From: Psilocybe cubensis
Taxonomy: Eukaryota
Length of the DNA stretch: 64,000 nt
Assembly: GCA_017499595.2 (NCBI GenBank)
Contig: CM039000.1
Span: 248,001 to 312,000, forward strand
Direction: 5' to 3'
Below the pieces are notes generated by a model. The model made no database searches and had not been told where the DNA came from. It saw only the letters and a program-made list of their open reading frames with translations. Positions within the stretch are counted from its first letter, which is position 1, and each line of letters opens with the position of its first letter. Both the position numbers and the translations under genes were made by a program. This document shows positions 61,997 through 64,000 of the stretch, in pieces.

Positions 61997-64000
61997 ATGC
62001 ATATTGCTATGACCTTTGTGGGCCATTCTATGGACGTACCACCCGACTCCCAGTGCAATGCATTGGGATCAGGACTGATGAGGACTCCCCAGGAGGGCCG
62101 TTTCTCGGGTTATGGACGGTCAATTGATATTTTTTATGAACCTTACGCTGCTTCAAACTATGCATCGTCTTCTACTTCCACATGTGGTGCACACTGGAAT
62201 CAAAATGACAGCGGCTCTGCAAATTTGTCATGTTGTTCGTCGTGGTCAACGACAAACCATACCCCTTACGTCCAGTACCGGGGACCAGTGTTCCAGCATT
62301 CACAATTGCTCGACGATGACCACGTGGGGATTAACACACAACTATCACCCATCCAAACTGGACTGAAATCCACATTGGCCAGGGATCTGCCCCCCGCCGA
62401 TCCTAACACCGATTACATGGATCACCTATCCTCCATCACGGCAGAAGGCCCGCTCTCGCCTTTGTCATTTTTCCGGGACTGGCAAGGCAGCCAGCTTCCT
62501 TTGGACCCTCTGCACAACGAGATTTATATCCCGAACACGCAGCTGCCACGCCAGTTGGACCAGAAGGAACGCGAGCGCGGATCCCACATGAACTCTGATG
62601 ACGAGAATGACACGAGCCCGGAAAGGCGCCCATACCCACCGTTGTTGGATATGGGCATAGGCCACGAGTGGATGACGAGTCCAGAGTCGGTCGACACCGA
62701 TCTCGACGATGAAAGCGTACTTTCTTGTTCTACCTCATCGTTATCGCCGCCATATCCCGATTCAGATCTTCGCCACTTCACCGACTCGGAAGACTACCTG
62801 GACGACCTAAATGACGATGACCTTTATTTACCACACGCATTTGCTTCACTGGGATCCAATTCAACTACACCGTCGCCGCTGACCGACATATACCACCCCC
62901 TAGATCAATACCCTTCGCATTACCAGCAATTGTACAAATCTATCACCAGAACCACATCCCCAACACCCCCGCCTTTGACACTGCATGAACCACCGCTGAG
63001 CGAGCCACCGCCACACCCGCCACCACCAATACCGGAGCCATCTGCGCAAACAAGTAAGGAGGATCCGCCACTCCCGACCTTACTGACCGCAACACCAACG
63101 CCTGCTCGCTCTCCGCCATCATTTGGCTCGCCTTGCGAATTTGATTTCGACAATGGTGAGCTGATACCATGTTCGCCATCCCGCAGGCGCTCAACGGAGC
63201 TGCCCAGCATGCACGACGACACGTCAGGCAGTGACAGTACAAATCAGTTATCGGAGCCTCAACCCCAGCGTACAGCGTGGCTCAACCTCCCCGGTGCAGA
63301 GACAGACGATGACCTCATACCCACCGAACTTGCGTCGAAGAACTACGTTCCAGACCCAACCATCACCGTGCCGACCTCTCAGCCAATGCACAGCTTGCTC
63401 ATCTGGGGCCCGACGTCGGCCACGGCGTTTACTTTCCCGAGTTCGTGTATGAGCGATTTTCTGCCTGCGGCTGTGCGGTCACCGTCGCCCGAGGCGTCGT
63501 CGATCGACCTTGATCTGGACCCGGCAACACTGGCGGAGCTTGCGCCGGAGGGAGAAAGTGAGGATGCACAGAAGCTTTGGGAGATGCGGGTGAGAAAGGC
63601 GAGGAGTGAGAATTGGGAAAAGGAGCGGTGTCGCGAGCTGGAAGCGCTTTTGAGGTTGAAGCTCAGGTTGGACGAGAAGAGGGCTGATGGTGCGAGCAGT
63701 GGAGTCGACACCGATGCTGACGCGACGACTGGCGCTATGCGAGCCGCGTCTCACCATTCCCCGCCCAGACGATCGTCTTCTTCGTCCAAAGGGAGAATTA
63801 CCAACATGGCACAGCTCGTCGCCAACATGGTGTTCCACCGCCAGCAAGAACCGTCGTCGCCGAAAAGGAGCCATCATCCTGCACCGCGCAGCAGCTCCAT
63901 CGTGTCGTCCCCCCAGCCGTCCGTTGCTGCTGGTGTGAAAACGCATCCGACGCCACGCTCGCCGTTGCGTCAGGTTACGCTGCCTGATGAGCTTGAGGAT
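61997..64000 (+). CDS. Long Pro/Ser/Asp-rich hypothetical protein, at least 668 aa, runs off the window
   Basis: The frame is open from ATG 61997 to the window end, so it is absent from the ORF track (no stop). Probable 5'-UTR intron about 61897-61994. Helical-looking EKERCRELEALLRLKL and ITNMAQLVANMVFHR lie near the end. Confidence 0.75.
   Translation, partial: MHIAMTFVGHSMDVPPDSQCNALGSGLMRTPQEGRFSGYGRSIDIFYEPYAASNYASSSTSTCGAHWNQNDSGSANLSCCSSWSTTNHTPYVQYRGPVFQHSQLLDDDHVGINTQLSPIQTGLKSTLARDLPPADPNTDYMDHLSSITAEGPLSPLSFFRDWQGSQLPLDPLHNEIYIPNTQLPRQLDQKERERGSHMNSDDENDTSPERRPYPPLLDMGIGHEWMTSPESVDTDLDDESVLSCSTSSLSPPYPDSDLRHFTDSEDYLDDLNDDDLYLPHAFASLGSNSTTPSPLTDIYHPLDQYPSHYQQLYKSITRTTSPTPPPLTLHEPPLSEPPPHPPPPIPEPSAQTSKEDPPLPTLLTATPTPARSPPSFGSPCEFDFDNGELIPCSPSRRRSTELPSMHDDTSGSDSTNQLSEPQPQRTAWLNLPGAETDDDLIPTELASKNYVPDPTITVPTSQPMHSLLIWGPTSATAFTFPSSCMSDFLPAAVRSPSPEASSIDLDLDPATLAELAPEGESEDAQKLWEMRVRKARSENWEKERCRELEALLRLKLRLDEKRADGASSGVDTDADATTGAMRAASHHSPPRRSSSSSKGRITNMAQLVANMVFHRQQEPSSPKRSHHPAPRSSSIVSSPQPSVAAGVKTHPTPRSPLRQVTLPDELED

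Noticed and set aside
1-64000. tRNA, rRNA, CRISPR arrays, intact transposase or RT, MSDIN-type or pheromone precursors
   Set aside because: By eye I found no cloverleaf, regular repeat-spacer array, DDE or RT motif, MSDIN leader or convincing short CaaX ORF. A tool-based scan is needed to exclude them.

Overview
Eukaryotic DNA with short GT-AG introns (about 50-90 nt, CTAAC/CTGAC branch points) and a gene set typical of a mushroom-forming basidiomycete (Agaricomycetes; inferred). Recognisable genes: a GH31 alpha-glucosidase, an NCA2-family gene, a DHA1-type MFS transporter, a CmcJ/AsaB-like 2OG-Fe(II) oxidoreductase, a stand-alone HET-domain gene, a MACPF/CDC-like protein, a 7TM GPCR-like gene, four DUF6593-like genes and two low-complexity hypothetical proteins. 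The main unexplained structure is a multi-exon orphan family ('gene X') in four copies: two broken on + (1-1462, 8009-9348) and two apparently intact on - (38448-39953, 43030-44636). Its divergent body ends in a conserved tail, H[IV]PNCMGGLxxSVTRERKRxRxDK[GS][IV]xFVNL, which resembles an NLS plus a PP1-docking RVxF motif. It shares a conserved spacer with an upstream DUF6593-like gene, forming a repeated, inverted cassette. The window also has a MITE-like hairpin, a 55-bp palindrome and several decayed gene remnants. All splice models and family calls were made by eye, with no database search.
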